A DNA stretch of 64,000 nucleotides from Clostridiaceae bacterium. GTDB taxonomy: Bacteria > Bacillota > Clostridia > Saccharofermentanales > DTU023. Both the position numbers and the translations under genes were made by a program. This document shows positions 10,024 through 20,337 of the stretch, in pieces. A model generated the notes under the pieces. That model was not told where the DNA came from and made no database searches. It saw only the letters and a program-made list of their open reading frames with translations. The stretch is from positions 103,188 through 167,187 of the forward strand of contig DUVN01000028.1 in NCBI GenBank assembly GCA_012841015.1, given 5' to 3'. Positions within the stretch are counted from its first letter, which is position 1; each line of letters opens with the position of its first letter.

Positions 10024-11390
10024 GAGATGATAGGCTCTCTTTTGAATTCGTCGGCATCATGTAGAGAGGCGTGGTGATTCCACCATGCTTGTGCGTAGAG
10101 ATCGAGTTCAGCCTGTCGCCGTGCTGACTCAGTTTTGAGTGAGCGGTAATCGGACGCGTTCATCAGGACGGGCAGCGTGGCTGTGTGGCGCATGAACGAG
10201 AGAAGACGTCTCCCTCGCCGCGTGAAGCCAAGGACGCGGATATACTGTGGGCCGTCATGACACAATGCCGTATCGCCACACCTAATATCGAAGGCTGCAG
10301 CGAGGATCGCGCGTCGCACACGGGAAGCTGGATGAGCACGCGTCGCCATCTGGCGAACAAAACGATCGTAGGGGAGTAGTGTATCTTCTGCATTTTCATC
10401 CATTGAGGTGTCGACATCATTTGTTTGAAATTGGTTTCGCAGGACATTGAGCGGATCGTCGCTTAGTGCTCCGTAAAGGCGTTCGGCTAGACCGCCCTGC
10501 ATCCCGCTTATTTCTCTTAAAGTGTTGACATCGCGGAAGTATGGTGAAAGGAGCAGTGTAGGTGCGATCATTTCCTCTGTCAGGAATCCTTTTCCCTCAG
10601 AGAGCGCCTTCATGACGGCAGCTGCCGAATCATACGTCAGGACGGTAGAAAGGTAGCGAAAGACTTCCAAAAAAGTGTTTGCGCCGCATGGGCTGCTGTT
10701 GTCATCATAAATCTTTTGCACTAAGTGTGAAACAACGTTGCGTACGGCGGTCGCCGATAGTTTTCGTTTGTCGAAAAGAGGTAGAGCGTGCGTTGCAATT
10801 GAATTATGTGCTGTACGGTTGTCAGGTTCGTTACCATCAGTCTCATTGCACCGTCTTCGCAGCGCTTTCTCATACTCGACAGCGAGGATGGAATTGGATG
10901 ATCCTAAGATCGATCGATATCGTTGGTCGCCTGTCAATTTCACGACAGCACCTGAGCGCGATGCAGCGAATCCTTTACCTTCACGAATGCCGGCGAGGAT
11001 GTGATCGTATAATTCATGTGGTTCTTCAACCAAGAGTTCGGCTGCGTCACAGATGGCGTCGTGGTCTTCAGGGTATTCGCATCCGTAAGCGATATTGCGG
11101 ATGACACCTGTCGCTTGTAGAATGCTGATCGCTCCCTCAGCGAATCGTTCGGCCGTTGCCACGGCAAAAGCTTGTGGCAACTCAATGACTAGATCGGCGC
11201 CATGGTTAAGCGCGATGCTCGTACGGACACTTTTGTCGACCATTGCCGGGACGCCGTGCTGACAGAAAGGCCCTGATAGGCAGATGACAACACCGACGTC
11301 ATGCCCAAATGTCTCTCGAATCAAGTCAAGTTGGCGTGCATGTCCTTTGTGAAACGGATTGTATTCAGCTGTTAGTCCACATGTCTCCAC
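10017..11390 (-). CDS. tmcAL: tRNA(Met) cytidine acetate ligase (YlbM/UPF0348 nucleotidyltransferase family)
   Basis: The N-terminus GLTAEYNPFHKGHARQL...VICLSGPFCQHGVPAMVDKSVRTSIALNHGADLVIELP matches the YlbM/TmcAL HIGH-type nucleotidyltransferase signature. The length (457 aa) is typical. Confidence 0.8.
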   Translation of the reverse strand: METCGLTAEYNPFHKGHARQLDLIRETFGHDVGVVICLSGPFCQHGVPAMVDKSVRTSIALNHGADLVIELPQAFAVATAERFAEGAISILQATGVIRNIAYGCEYPEDHDAICDAAELLVEEPHELYDHILAGIREGKGFAASRSGAVVKLTGDQRYRSILGSSNSILAVEYEKALRRRCNETDGNEPDNRTAHNSIATHALPLFDKRKLSATAVRNVVSHLVQKIYDDNSSPCGANTFLEVFRYLSTVLTYDSAAAVMKALSEGKGFLTEEMIAPTLLLSPYFRDVNTLREISGMQGGLAERLYGALSDDPLNVLRNQFQTNDVDTSMDENAEDTLLPYDRFVRQMATRAHPASRVRRAILAAAFDIRCGDTALCHDGPQYIRVLGFTRRGRRLLSFMRHTATLPVLMNASDYRSLKTESARRQAELDLYAQAWWNHHASLHDADEFKREPIISK

Positions 11391-11589
11391 TAAAATCTCA
11401 GCTTTCGTGTCAACTTTTCTTGGATACTATTGGGTTTTCTGTTTCGTGTGTTGCCTGTCAGTCAACTTGTAGCTTTTGCTATGATCTGCACCATTTCCAT
11501 ATCTCGTCCTTGCACAGTTCGCAAGCGTTCAACCTATGTTGAACCTTAGCGTGCAGGTGTTAAAATAAAGCTAAAGGATGGAGCGGTAA

Positions 11590-13056
11590 ATGTCAAAAAG
11601 AAAACATACAGTTTTGCTCGTTGTAGCAGGCGTTTTTGTGCTTGCTGCCTTTGCGGTTCTCCTTTTCGAATTTGTGTTGCCTGGACGGAGAAGTATAACA
11701 CTCCCTTCATTGCCTGGATTGGCATCAACAGCAGAGGAATATGACCCTGACCTGCTTGCACCAGGCATTAAGAAGATCGTGAATGAGCAGCTCATGACTT
11801 CGATTACAGTTAAAGGCGAGAAGATAGATGGCCTTTTGGCGAGCTCTTATGAGACATCGATGCGACGTGGGTTTCCGGGGGTGAAGACGGCAGGATTTCT
11901 AGCGAGTGACCAGATCCGATACGGAAGAGCACTCATCAGGATGAATAAACGCTCCGAATTTTTCAATTGGGCTGAGGCTTTCGATCTAGCGTTTCGACCG
12001 GGAGAGGCCGACTTTCATGCCGCAGCACTCAGAAGTGTTGCGGTAGATGACATGCTGATCGATCATACGCAGATGACCGACGATAGAAGTGACAAAGAAG
12101 GATTTGATGATCTATCCGACAATGGACATGAGTTCGATAGAAGCGATGATTCTACTATTGACTTCCTCGACGAAGCGGAAAAGATAAAATTTGAACATCA
12201 AGGTAGTGCTGGCGAATGTCCTGATGTGTTTGAGCCTGTCGATCAGCACTGGAGCGTGACGCTTTCGTACACCAGAGCTCTTATGGAAGGATACCAGAAA
12301 TTTGGAGGGCGAGAGCTTGAGCGTCGCATACGAAAAGAATCCGATGTCCTGCTCCCTGTATTTCGAGATGCGAAAACAGATTGTGAATTATTAGCCGGAC
12401 CGCGCATGTTGTTAGCACTTGATGAATGGGATGATCCGATTCCAGGATCAACGCCCACACCTGGAGAGGAAGCGCCGATCGAGCGAAGTCCCGGAACTCA
12501 TCTTGCCGACATCGATTTATGGGCAATGTCGGCACTTGCACGATTTGAGCCTGCATGGGCGTCCATCGCAAGTGACTGGCAGAAGATTCTTGAAAATGCC
12601 GTGCTTGAAAGTCGCTTGCCCTTGTACGCGTCTGCCTACCGAAGCGATACGGCAACCTACATCGCCGTTACTGGCGGTGGTGTGATGTCCTCCACACGCG
12701 AGCAGCTTGAGATCGTCGTCCATCTGGCGGAGGTTGGAGTCGTTTACCGCGATTTTTTGTCTTTTATCCGCTCGGCTTTGCGTGATGAAAAGAGGTTGCC
12801 TTCGGGATGGAATCCTGTAACTGGTAATCCGTCCGGGCAATCGGCAACTTCGTCTGATTATGCGTTGGCGCTTATTCTCGGGCGTGTCGCAAACGACACA
12901 CTACTGATTGATTCTGCTCGTGAAGCAATGATGAGACACTACGCAAGTAGCCAAACGAGCGATATATTCGGTGGCTGGTACCGTGCTGGCTCGACTTCTC
13001 ACACCTTTCGCCTCGTCGCGGAAGATAACACAGCTGTTTTGCTGGCGCTGCGATAG
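11590..13056 (+). CDS. Membrane-anchored hypothetical protein (N-terminal TM helix, large extracytoplasmic domain)
   Basis: 488-aa ORF with RBS AAAGGATGGAG upstream and an N-terminal TM (VLLVVAGVFVLAAFAVLLFEFVL). The C-terminal part (SSDYALALILGRVAND...) faintly resembles (alpha/alpha)6 glycosidase-like folds, but I cannot assign a family. Confidence 0.6.
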   Translation: MSKRKHTVLLVVAGVFVLAAFAVLLFEFVLPGRRSITLPSLPGLASTAEEYDPDLLAPGIKKIVNEQLMTSITVKGEKIDGLLASSYETSMRRGFPGVKTAGFLASDQIRYGRALIRMNKRSEFFNWAEAFDLAFRPGEADFHAAALRSVAVDDMLIDHTQMTDDRSDKEGFDDLSDNGHEFDRSDDSTIDFLDEAEKIKFEHQGSAGECPDVFEPVDQHWSVTLSYTRALMEGYQKFGGRELERRIRKESDVLLPVFRDAKTDCELLAGPRMLLALDEWDDPIPGSTPTPGEEAPIERSPGTHLADIDLWAMSALARFEPAWASIASDWQKILENAVLESRLPLYASAYRSDTATYIAVTGGGVMSSTREQLEIVVHLAEVGVVYRDFLSFIRSALRDEKRLPSGWNPVTGNPSGQSATSSDYALALILGRVANDTLLIDSAREAMMRHYASSQTSDIFGGWYRAGSTSHTFRLVAEDNTAVLLALR

Positions 13057-13113
13057 ATCGTTACAGGAGAGGACAGTGAGTAGGCTGTTTTTAGGGTTGA
13101 TTCTGTAGCCGTA

Positions 13114-13122
13114 TGCTATAAT
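13114..13122 (+). promoter_or_regulatory. Candidate extended -10 promoter for pta-ackA-proS
   Basis: TGcTATAAT lies 52 nt upstream of the pta start. No good -35 is present. Confidence 0.35.
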
Positions 13123-13173
13123 TCAAAGCGATTAAGTATCATATTATTCGACCGTGAGAGGGGATTATCTGAG

Positions 13174-14169
13174 ATGAGTTTTGTCGACAAAGTCAAGGCG
13201 AAAGTGTGCGCAAACCGCAAGACAATCGTACTGCCGGAAAGCCACGATCGACGCGTGATAGATGCCGCGGCGTACGTTATGGAAGAGGGGATCGCCGATA
13301 TTGTTTTGATCGGGAATCGCGAAGAAGTTACGGCGATGTTTCCTGATGTCGATCTCTCCAAAGCAGCTTTTATGGAACCGCGTGAAAGTGAACACTATGA
13401 TGCGATGGTCGATACGTACTATGAGCTTCGCAAGAAAAAAGGGATGACAAAAGAAGGCGCTGAGACGACGATGCTCCAACCAACACCTTTCGGAGTCATG
13501 CTCGTTAAACTTGGTCTGGCGGACGGTCTTGTCGCAGGTGCTGTCAATACGACGGCCGACACGTTACGACCTGCTTTACAAATTCTTCGCACGAAGCCTG
13601 GTACGAAGCTAGTCTCCGCATTTTTCCTTATGGCCATCCCCGGTAGTCCTTATGGTGAAGATGGACTTCTGTTGATGTCCGACTGTGCTCTCAACGTCGA
13701 TCCGTCGGCAGAAGAATTATCTGATATTGCAATCGCTTCAGCACGCACGTGGCAGACATTGACGGGAACTGAGCCTCGCGTCGCACTCCTTTCGTACTCG
13801 AGCCACGGAAGCGGTAAAGGTGAGGGGCCTGAGAAAGTCGCCGAAGCGACGCGACTTGCCAAAGAGAAAGCGCCTGATCTCTTGATTGATGGAGAGCTTC
13901 AGGTCGATACAGCTCTTGTGTCGTCTGTTGCACAATTAAAAACACCCGAAAGTGTCGTCGCCGGGCGGGCAAACTGCCTGATTTTCCCCGATCTCGATTC
14001 AGGTAATATCGGGTATAAACTTGTGCAGCGGCTGGCGGGAGCTGACGCTTACGGGCCGATGTTACAGGGGATTGCCAAGCCGGTCAATGACTTGTCGCGC
14101 GGCTGTGAGACGTCTGACATCATCGGTGTCATCACACTGACGTGTCTTCAGGCGATGGAAGAAGCGTAA
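13174..14169 (+). CDS. pta: Phosphate acetyltransferase
   Basis: 331 aa. KTIVLPESHDRRVIDAAAYVMEEGIADIVLIG..., PALQILRTKPG, DGELQVDTALV and NCLIFPDLDSGNIGYKLVQRLAGA are Pta (PTA_PTB) hallmarks. It is adjacent to ackA. Confidence 0.93.
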   Translation: MSFVDKVKAKVCANRKTIVLPESHDRRVIDAAAYVMEEGIADIVLIGNREEVTAMFPDVDLSKAAFMEPRESEHYDAMVDTYYELRKKKGMTKEGAETTMLQPTPFGVMLVKLGLADGLVAGAVNTTADTLRPALQILRTKPGTKLVSAFFLMAIPGSPYGEDGLLLMSDCALNVDPSAEELSDIAIASARTWQTLTGTEPRVALLSYSSHGSGKGEGPEKVAEATRLAKEKAPDLLIDGELQVDTALVSSVAQLKTPESVVAGRANCLIFPDLDSGNIGYKLVQRLAGADAYGPMLQGIAKPVNDLSRGCETSDIIGVITLTCLQAMEEA

Positions 14170-14246
14170 AGGTGTTTATCCTTTACGATGCTGATAATAA
14201 TTAAGGACGATCACTTTAACAAAACTGAAAAAGGACAGGAGTCACC

Positions 14247-15449
14247 ATGAAAATTCTAGTAATCAACTCAGGCAGTTCATCGCTCAAGTATCAAATGTTT
14301 GACTACGAGAACAAAACTGTCATCGCTAAGGGTCTCTGTGAAAGAATCGGGATCGCAAATTCGCACTTTAAGCATGAAAATGCATCGGGATACGTCATTG
14401 ACGAGGGGCGCTCGTTTAAGTCACACAGCGATGCTGTCCGCACGATGATTGAGGCATTACTCGATCCCCAATCACCTGTTATAGAGAGCCTCGAAGAGAT
14501 TGCTGCCGTCGGTCATCGTATCGTCCATGGAGGACCCTATTTTGCGAAACCTACGGAGATGACACAGGAGAGCAAAGATGCCGTTCGCAAGTGCTTCCCA
14601 TGGAGTCCACTCCACAACCCGGCGAATTTGACTGGAGTCGAAGTGTGTGAAAAGTTGATGCCTGGGATCCCGCAAGTTGGTGTCTTTGATACGGCATTCC
14701 ACCAGACAATGCCGCCGAAGGCCTACATGTATGGGCTTCCGTACCGTTACTACGAAGAGCATAACGTTCGCCGTTACGGCTTTCATGGGACATCGCACGC
14801 TTACGTCGCGCGTCGCGCTGCTGAATTGACACAATGCGATAAGGATCAGCAACGCCTCATTACGTGCCACCTCGGAAATGGCTCCTCATTCGCTGCGATC
14901 AAGGGTGGACAATGCATCGATACGTCGATGGGACTGACGCCTCTTGAGGGAATCATGATGGGGACGCGCAGTGGAAGCATCGATCCCGCTATCGTGTCTT
15001 TCATAGCGAAACTTAACGACGATGCGACAAAAGATGTCGATTACATCCTAAATCATGAGAGCGGTGTCCGCGGAGTCTCCGGCGTCAGCTCCGATTTCCG
15101 TGATCTGAAAGCAGCCGCCATGCAAGGTAACGAACGTGCGCAGCTCGCCCTCAGTATGTTTTGTTATCAGGCGGTCAAAATCATTGGCTCGTATATTGCG
15201 GCGCTCGGCGGAATTGACTCGATTGTTTTCACCGCTGGTATTGGGGAGAATGACGATCGCATACGTAAAACCATCTGTGACGACCTTAGTTTCCTCGGCC
15301 TTACTCTCGATGAAGGTCTCAACGCTTCGACGCACGGCGAAGAAGTGCTCATTTCTGCCGCTGATTCGTCCATCGAAGTTTTTGTTATCCCGACAAATGA
15401 GGAGCTGTCGATTGCTATACAGACGGTAGAGGTTCTTGGGCTCGCCTAA
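14247..15449 (+). CDS. ackA: Acetate kinase
   Basis: MKILVINSGSSSLKYQMFD, GHRIVHGG, FDTAFHQTMP, GFHGTSH, GENDDRIR and IPTNEEL are all canonical AckA motifs. Confidence 0.95.
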   Translation: MKILVINSGSSSLKYQMFDYENKTVIAKGLCERIGIANSHFKHENASGYVIDEGRSFKSHSDAVRTMIEALLDPQSPVIESLEEIAAVGHRIVHGGPYFAKPTEMTQESKDAVRKCFPWSPLHNPANLTGVEVCEKLMPGIPQVGVFDTAFHQTMPPKAYMYGLPYRYYEEHNVRRYGFHGTSHAYVARRAAELTQCDKDQQRLITCHLGNGSSFAAIKGGQCIDTSMGLTPLEGIMMGTRSGSIDPAIVSFIAKLNDDATKDVDYILNHESGVRGVSGVSSDFRDLKAAAMQGNERAQLALSMFCYQAVKIIGSYIAALGGIDSIVFTAGIGENDDRIRKTICDDLSFLGLTLDEGLNASTHGEEVLISAADSSIEVFVIPTNEELSIAIQTVEVLGLA

Positions 15450-15484
15450 TTGTTGTTTTGATCATCTTTTTGGGAGATACAAAC

Positions 15485-16924
15485 TTGAAAAAAATTGAAA
15501 AATTTGTTGAATCGATCACACCTCGCGACGACGATTTCGCGCGCTGGTATACTGATATTTGTCTCGGAGCGGAGCTTTGCTCTTATTCGAACGTGCGCGG
15601 CTGCATCATTCTGCGCCCGTACGGTTGCGCTGTATGGGAGCTGATCACAGCGGAGCTTGATCGCCGTTTTAAAGAGACTGGCCACGAAAATGTGAAAATG
15701 CCACTCTTCATCCCGGAGAGCATGCTCCAAAAGGAGAAAGATCACGTCGAAGGTTTTGCACCGGAGGTCGCTTGGGTCACACACGGTGGCGATGAACAGC
15801 TCACAGAGCGCCTCTGTATTCGTCCCACATCGGAAGTTCTGTTCTGTGACCATTTCGCTGAGATCATCCAAAGTTGGCGCGACTTGCCGAAGCTTTACAA
15901 CCAGTGGGTCTCTGTCGTCCGATGGGAGAAGACGACGCGTCCGTTCTTGCGCACGCGCGAGTTTTTCTGGCAGGAGGGTCATACAGCACACGCAACGGCA
16001 GAAGACGCAATGGAGGAGACGCTCCTCATGCTTGATATCTACGAAGAATTTTTCCGAAACGCGCTGGCAATTCCCGTCTTGAAGGGGCTAAAAAGCGAAT
16101 CGGAGAAATTTGCAGGTGCTGTTAGGACGTACACCGTCGAGGCGATGATGCACGACGGCAAAGCTCTTCAATCGGGAACGTCCCACTATCTCGGCAATGG
16201 TTTTGCTAAGGCATTCAATATCCAATACACCGACAAAGACAACCAGCTGCAATTTGTTCACCAGACGTCATGGGGAATCTCGTCCCGCTCGATCGGCGGC
16301 TTGATCATGGTGCATGGAGATGACGAAGGCCTCGTACTTCCTCCTGCCGTCGCACCTATTCAAGTCGTTATCATCCCGATTGCCACCCACAAGGAAGGTG
16401 TCCTCGAGGCAGCGATGAAGCTGAAAGGTGATTTGAAAGCAGCCGGTTTGCGTGTCCTTCTCGACGACAGCGATCGAATGCCGGGATGGAAATTCTCAGA
16501 GTATGAAATGAAAGGTGTTCCGATTCGACTCGAGATCGGACCGCGTGATATTGTGAAAAATCAGTGTGTCGCCGTCTCTCGCGACAACCGAGAAAAGGTT
16601 TTCATCCCGCTTAAAAACGCTGCAGATGAAATCCCTGCTCTCCTAGCAGCCCTCCACAGACGCATACTAGAACGCGCGGAGAAGAGTATGATGGAGCGCA
16701 TCTACGATGTCGATTCCCTTGACGATTTTGCGAAGACGATCGAAGAGAAGCCTGGTTTCATCCGTGCCCCTTGGTGTGGTTCAGCTGATTGTGAAGCAAA
16801 AGTAAAAGAATTGACGACGGCGACTTCGCGGTGCATAGAAGCAGACGGCGAAATAGAAGGCCGCATCTGTGTCGTCTGTGGCGAGGAGGCGAAACATTCT
16901 GTCTTCTGGGGCAAAGCGTATTAA
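15485..16924 (+). CDS. proS: Proline--tRNA ligase (archaeal/eukaryote-like class II type)
   Basis: FARWYTDICLGAELCSYSNVRGCIILRPYG, RPTSE, FREFFWQEGHTAH and the C-terminal Zn-type CGSADCE...CVVCG. The track ORF starts at 15458, but TTG at 15485 follows RBS GGGAGA (15472-15477) and is the likelier start. Confidence 0.92.
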   Translation: MKKIEKFVESITPRDDDFARWYTDICLGAELCSYSNVRGCIILRPYGCAVWELITAELDRRFKETGHENVKMPLFIPESMLQKEKDHVEGFAPEVAWVTHGGDEQLTERLCIRPTSEVLFCDHFAEIIQSWRDLPKLYNQWVSVVRWEKTTRPFLRTREFFWQEGHTAHATAEDAMEETLLMLDIYEEFFRNALAIPVLKGLKSESEKFAGAVRTYTVEAMMHDGKALQSGTSHYLGNGFAKAFNIQYTDKDNQLQFVHQTSWGISSRSIGGLIMVHGDDEGLVLPPAVAPIQVVIIPIATHKEGVLEAAMKLKGDLKAAGLRVLLDDSDRMPGWKFSEYEMKGVPIRLEIGPRDIVKNQCVAVSRDNREKVFIPLKNAADEIPALLAALHRRILERAEKSMMERIYDVDSLDDFAKTIEEKPGFIRAPWCGSADCEAKVKELTTATSRCIEADGEIEGRICVVCGEEAKHSVFWGKAY

Positions 16925-17038
16925 CGCATGTCTTAGCAAATGAATGTTATCCTTGTTGACACTCCGTAGCTGGAGGTGTGATTTGCTTGGCTGAAGAAAG
17001 AAGCGCGACACTCTGTGCTGAAGAAGGGAATGCGAGAG

Positions 17039-17965
17039 ATGGATCAGCGTGATAAACGCTCACACGATATGGCAAAGCTACCGATTGGAATTTTCGATTC
17101 AGGCATCGGCGGCCTAACTGTCTTAAAAACACTATATAATGCGTTCCCTGCAGAGTCCTTTATCTACGTTGGCGACCTAGGACGTTCGCCGTATGGCTCT
17201 AAGGCAGCCGATACGGTTCAGCGTTACGCTTTACAGATAACAGATTTTCTTCTGCACCAAGGCGTCAAGATGATCGTCATCGCCTGTAATACGGCGAGTG
17301 CTGTTGCAGGCAATGCTGTTAGGCATCGAGCGCATCCCATTCCTGTCATTGAAGTCGTTGGATGCGGCGCGAAAATGGCGCTTGAGATGCTTCCTGAAGA
17401 GCTTTCTGAAGACGCCCGTATCGGCATTCTCGGGACAGATACGACGGTGAAAAGTGAGGTTTACGTTAAGAGAATTAATGAACTCGCACTTAAAACAGGA
17501 TTGAAGCTACCTGACATCCAACAACAAGCTTGTCCGCTTTTCGTTCCGCTTGTGGAAGAGGGTTGGTGGCAAGGGGAACTCTCCGATAAAATAGCGGAGC
17601 GTTATCTACACTCGATGAAGTCATTCGAGCCACACGTTGTTATCCTCGGCTGCACGCATTTTCCTCTGTTGTCTGGGCCAATTTCACGAGCACTTCCTGA
17701 AGGGACTGTCTTGACTGATTGTGCGCCTGCTGTCGTGCGTGAAGTGCGAACAATTTTAGATGATCGTGGATGGCATGCTGCTGAAAGGACCGACGTAGCC
17801 GAGTCAAATCGTGGCAAGACAGTTTTTTACTGCAGTGATACGGGTGATACATTTCGACGTCAGGCTGAGCGTTTCCTTGACATGACCATCGAATTCGTAC
17901 ATCATGTTGATTTAGAGATGTACGAAGACGGGGAGGGGTTAGAGTGCTTTCCGCAGCCGATATAA
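17039..17965 (+). CDS. murI: Glutamate racemase
   Basis: IGIFDSGIGGLTV, YVGDLGRSPYG, IACNTAS and LGCTHFPLL. The start is ambiguous: GTG 17015, ATG 17039 after GAAGGGA, or ATG 17069. Confidence 0.9.
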   Translation: MDQRDKRSHDMAKLPIGIFDSGIGGLTVLKTLYNAFPAESFIYVGDLGRSPYGSKAADTVQRYALQITDFLLHQGVKMIVIACNTASAVAGNAVRHRAHPIPVIEVVGCGAKMALEMLPEELSEDARIGILGTDTTVKSEVYVKRINELALKTGLKLPDIQQQACPLFVPLVEEGWWQGELSDKIAERYLHSMKSFEPHVVILGCTHFPLLSGPISRALPEGTVLTDCAPAVVREVRTILDDRGWHAAERTDVAESNRGKTVFYCSDTGDTFRRQAERFLDMTIEFVHHVDLEMYEDGEGLECFPQPI

Positions 17966-18408
17966 ATCGTGAGGCTATAATCAATCTAACGAGCAGTCAA
18001 TGGGCTGATGGCGAACAGTATGAACCTGTTCGACTTATGACGCATGGGCATTTCTCCTATCGTGAGCGTGATAAGGTCTGGAATGTCACCTACGATGAAA
18101 GTGACGTGACCGGAATGCCTGTTACGAGGACTCGCCTCAGTCTTTTCCCCGATGGTCGCGTCGTACTGCAACGGACAGGCGATGTCGAGATGGAAATTGA
18201 ATTTATAAAAGGTGACCAACGCGTTGAACAGAGGCGGACACCTTATGGCATGATGAAACTGTCAGTTCTGACGCACGAGGTCCGCGGTGAGATGTCGGAA
18301 GACGGCGGCAATATTGAGCTCGGTTATTCTCTTGGCCTCGATAACCGACATGCGATGAGCACGAAGCTCCATTTGGAGGTGCTACCCGATCGTCATGTTA
18401 CTCCGTGA
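17944..18408 (+). CDS. DUF1934 (YwiB-like) beta-barrel protein
   Basis: 154 aa with a GTG start after GGGGAGGGG, overlapping the murI end. The pattern ...VTYDESDVTG...TRLSLFPDGRVVLQRTGDVEMEIEFIKG... resembles YwiB/DUF1934. This is recognition by eye only. Confidence 0.55.
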   Translation: MLSAADINREAIINLTSSQWADGEQYEPVRLMTHGHFSYRERDKVWNVTYDESDVTGMPVTRTRLSLFPDGRVVLQRTGDVEMEIEFIKGDQRVEQRRTPYGMMKLSVLTHEVRGEMSEDGGNIELGYSLGLDNRHAMSTKLHLEVLPDRHVTP

Positions 18409-18542
18409 TGGATGAAGTTCTGTTCGGAGAGACTCTCCGCGATCAACATGTCAAACCTTGTTGGGTATAGGCTCTTTCTGGGGGTGCTTCCTGATCGCGA
18501 AAACAAGTTGCGGCGGGGTACAGTCGACTGCTCTGAATTTAT

Positions 18543-18571
18543 TTGACAGTTTGGCAAAGGTGAAGGATAAT
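18543..18571 (+). promoter_or_regulatory. Sigma-A type promoter upstream of rpmF
   Basis: TTGACA (18543-18548), a 17-nt spacer, then GATAAT (18566-18571), ~100 nt upstream of rpmF. Confidence 0.5.
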
Positions 18572-18672
18572 ACATAAGGCGCTTCGATCAGCGCCATCTA
18601 AAATGAAATGATCGAGTGCCTTAGCAGAGGTTCGAAAACGTTAATAATTGACTCAGGGGAGGTATACATACA

Positions 18673-18858
18673 ATGGCTGTTCCGAAGAGAAAATGGTCGA
18701 AGAAAAGATCACGGACACACCGCGCGAACTGGAAGATTGATCCCGTTAATCTCTCGCGATGCACACAGTGTAACGCTTTGAGGATGCCGCATATCGTTTG
18801 TAAGTCTTGCGGTTATTATAACGGGCGCGAAGTCGTGTCTGTCGACGACAAAAAATAA
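18673..18858 (+). CDS. rpmF: 50S ribosomal protein L32
   Basis: MAVPKRKWSKKRSRTHRANWKI...CTQCNALRMPHIVCKSCGYYNGREV, with RBS GGGGAGG upstream. Confidence 0.93.
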   Translation: MAVPKRKWSKKRSRTHRANWKIDPVNLSRCTQCNALRMPHIVCKSCGYYNGREVVSVDDKK

Positions 18859-18883
18859 TTGTAGTAAGTAGTGTGAACGAAGG

Positions 18884-18915
18884 AGCAGCGCGCCGTGGGC
18901 ACGTTGCTTTTTGTT
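18884..18915 (+). terminator. Weak candidate terminator after rpmF
   Basis: AGCAGCG / CGTTGCT forms a stem of 7 bp including one G-U, with an 11-nt loop, followed by TTTTGTT. Confidence 0.35.
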
Positions 18916-18981
18916 CGCCTAGAGGAAAGCGATGGAGTTACGTTATATTTTGTTTTGCTCAGAGGAAAGTGAGGAAAGATC

Positions 18982-20337
18982 ATGAGCATGCCTGTGTTAG
19001 CCATCGTCGGGCGTCCCAACGTCGGCAAGTCTACACTGTTTAACGCACTGATAGGTCGACGTGATGCCATCGTCGGCCCCGATCCAGGTGTGACTCGTGA
19101 CCGTGTTATGGGTGAAGCTGACTGGAACGGAATCACCTTTACCGTCATCGACACGGGTGGTATCGATTTTGCTGATGATAGCATGCAGCGACTCGTTCAC
19201 AATCAAGTTGACGCGGCGATTGAGATGGCGGACGTTATTTGTTTTCTATGTGCACTTGACGCTGGCATTTCTGATATTGAACACAACATCGCTGAGATGT
19301 TAAGGAAGAGCGGGAAACCTGTTGTCGTCGCTGTCAATAAATCTGACAGGCCTGGTGATGATCCTCTCGAATTCTATTCTTTTTACGAGCTAGGATTTCC
19401 TGAGACGTTTGCCATTTCCGCGTCACACAAGCTCGGTTTAACAGAACTGCTTGATGCGATTGTTGCACCCATGGAAGTACTTGCCTACGAAGAGAAGCAT
19501 CACGATTATATCTCCTTGGCCGTTGTCGGTCGCCCCAACGTCGGCAAGTCATCTCTGTGTAATTTACTTATTGGTGAAGAGCGAAGCATTGTCTCCGATA
19601 TACCAGGTACGACACGCGACGCAATTGACAGTATATTTGAGAATGAGCACGGGCGATTTTTAATTTACGACACTGCAGGCCTTCGCCGCAAATCGCGCGT
19701 CGACGATCGTATTGAATTTGTGAGCGGATTGCGCTCAAGGCAAAGTGTTAAGAAAGCCGATGTTTCGTTGGTTATGATTGACGCGACAGAAGGTACCGCA
19801 GAACAAGATACGAAAATCGCAGGACTTGCTCACAACGACGGCAAACCGTCGATCATTCTCGTCAATAAGTGGGATCTCGTAGAAGGCAAGACGACGATTC
19901 CTGAGTTTGAACGAGAACTGCGCCTGCGATTTGATTTCATGTCATACGTGCCGATACTGTTCATCTCTGTGAAGACGGGCCTGAACCTTCATCGTCTCTG
20001 GCCTTTGATTCTGCGTGTCTATGAGGCCTCAACGAGGCGTGTCGCGACAAGTGTTCTAAACGAAGTCATTACTGAATCGATCGTTCAGCATCCTGCACCA
20101 CAAAAAAAAGGCAGACACCTGCGCATCTACTATGTGACACAAGGTTCCATTGCACCGCCCACGTTCATATTCTTTGTGAACGACAAGAGGTTGTTACATT
20201 TTTCATACGAACGCTATCTCGAAAATAAGATACGTGAGAATTTTGATTTTTTCGGTACGCCAATCATCTTTATTTTCAAGGGGAAAGCTGCCCGTGATGA
20301 ATCGGCCTCACGCATCACACCAGAAGATCCGCGGTGA
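18982..20337 (+). CDS. der: Ribosome-associated GTPase Der/EngA (tandem GTPase domains plus KH-like domain)
   Basis: Two G1 motifs (IVGRPNVGKST and VVGRPNVGKSS), two DTAG/DTGG motifs and two NKxD motifs (NKSD, NKWD). Confidence 0.95.
   Translation: MSMPVLAIVGRPNVGKSTLFNALIGRRDAIVGPDPGVTRDRVMGEADWNGITFTVIDTGGIDFADDSMQRLVHNQVDAAIEMADVICFLCALDAGISDIEHNIAEMLRKSGKPVVVAVNKSDRPGDDPLEFYSFYELGFPETFAISASHKLGLTELLDAIVAPMEVLAYEEKHHDYISLAVVGRPNVGKSSLCNLLIGEERSIVSDIPGTTRDAIDSIFENEHGRFLIYDTAGLRRKSRVDDRIEFVSGLRSRQSVKKADVSLVMIDATEGTAEQDTKIAGLAHNDGKPSIILVNKWDLVEGKTTIPEFERELRLRFDFMSYVPILFISVKTGLNLHRLWPLILRVYEASTRRVATSVLNEVITESIVQHPAPQKKGRHLRIYYVTQGSIAPPTFIFFVNDKRLLHFSYERYLENKIRENFDFFGTPIIFIFKGKAARDESASRITPEDPR

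Noticed and set aside
10163-11185. Nested or antisense ORFs within tmcAL (10163-10447, 10185-10379, 10679-11104, 10738-11004, 10940-11185)
   Set aside because: They lie inside a well-supported 457-aa gene and show no independent signals.
15450-15484. T-box leader or other riboswitch upstream of proS
   Set aside because: Only ~35 nt separate the ackA stop from the proS start, which is far too short. proS is most likely co-transcribed with pta-ackA.
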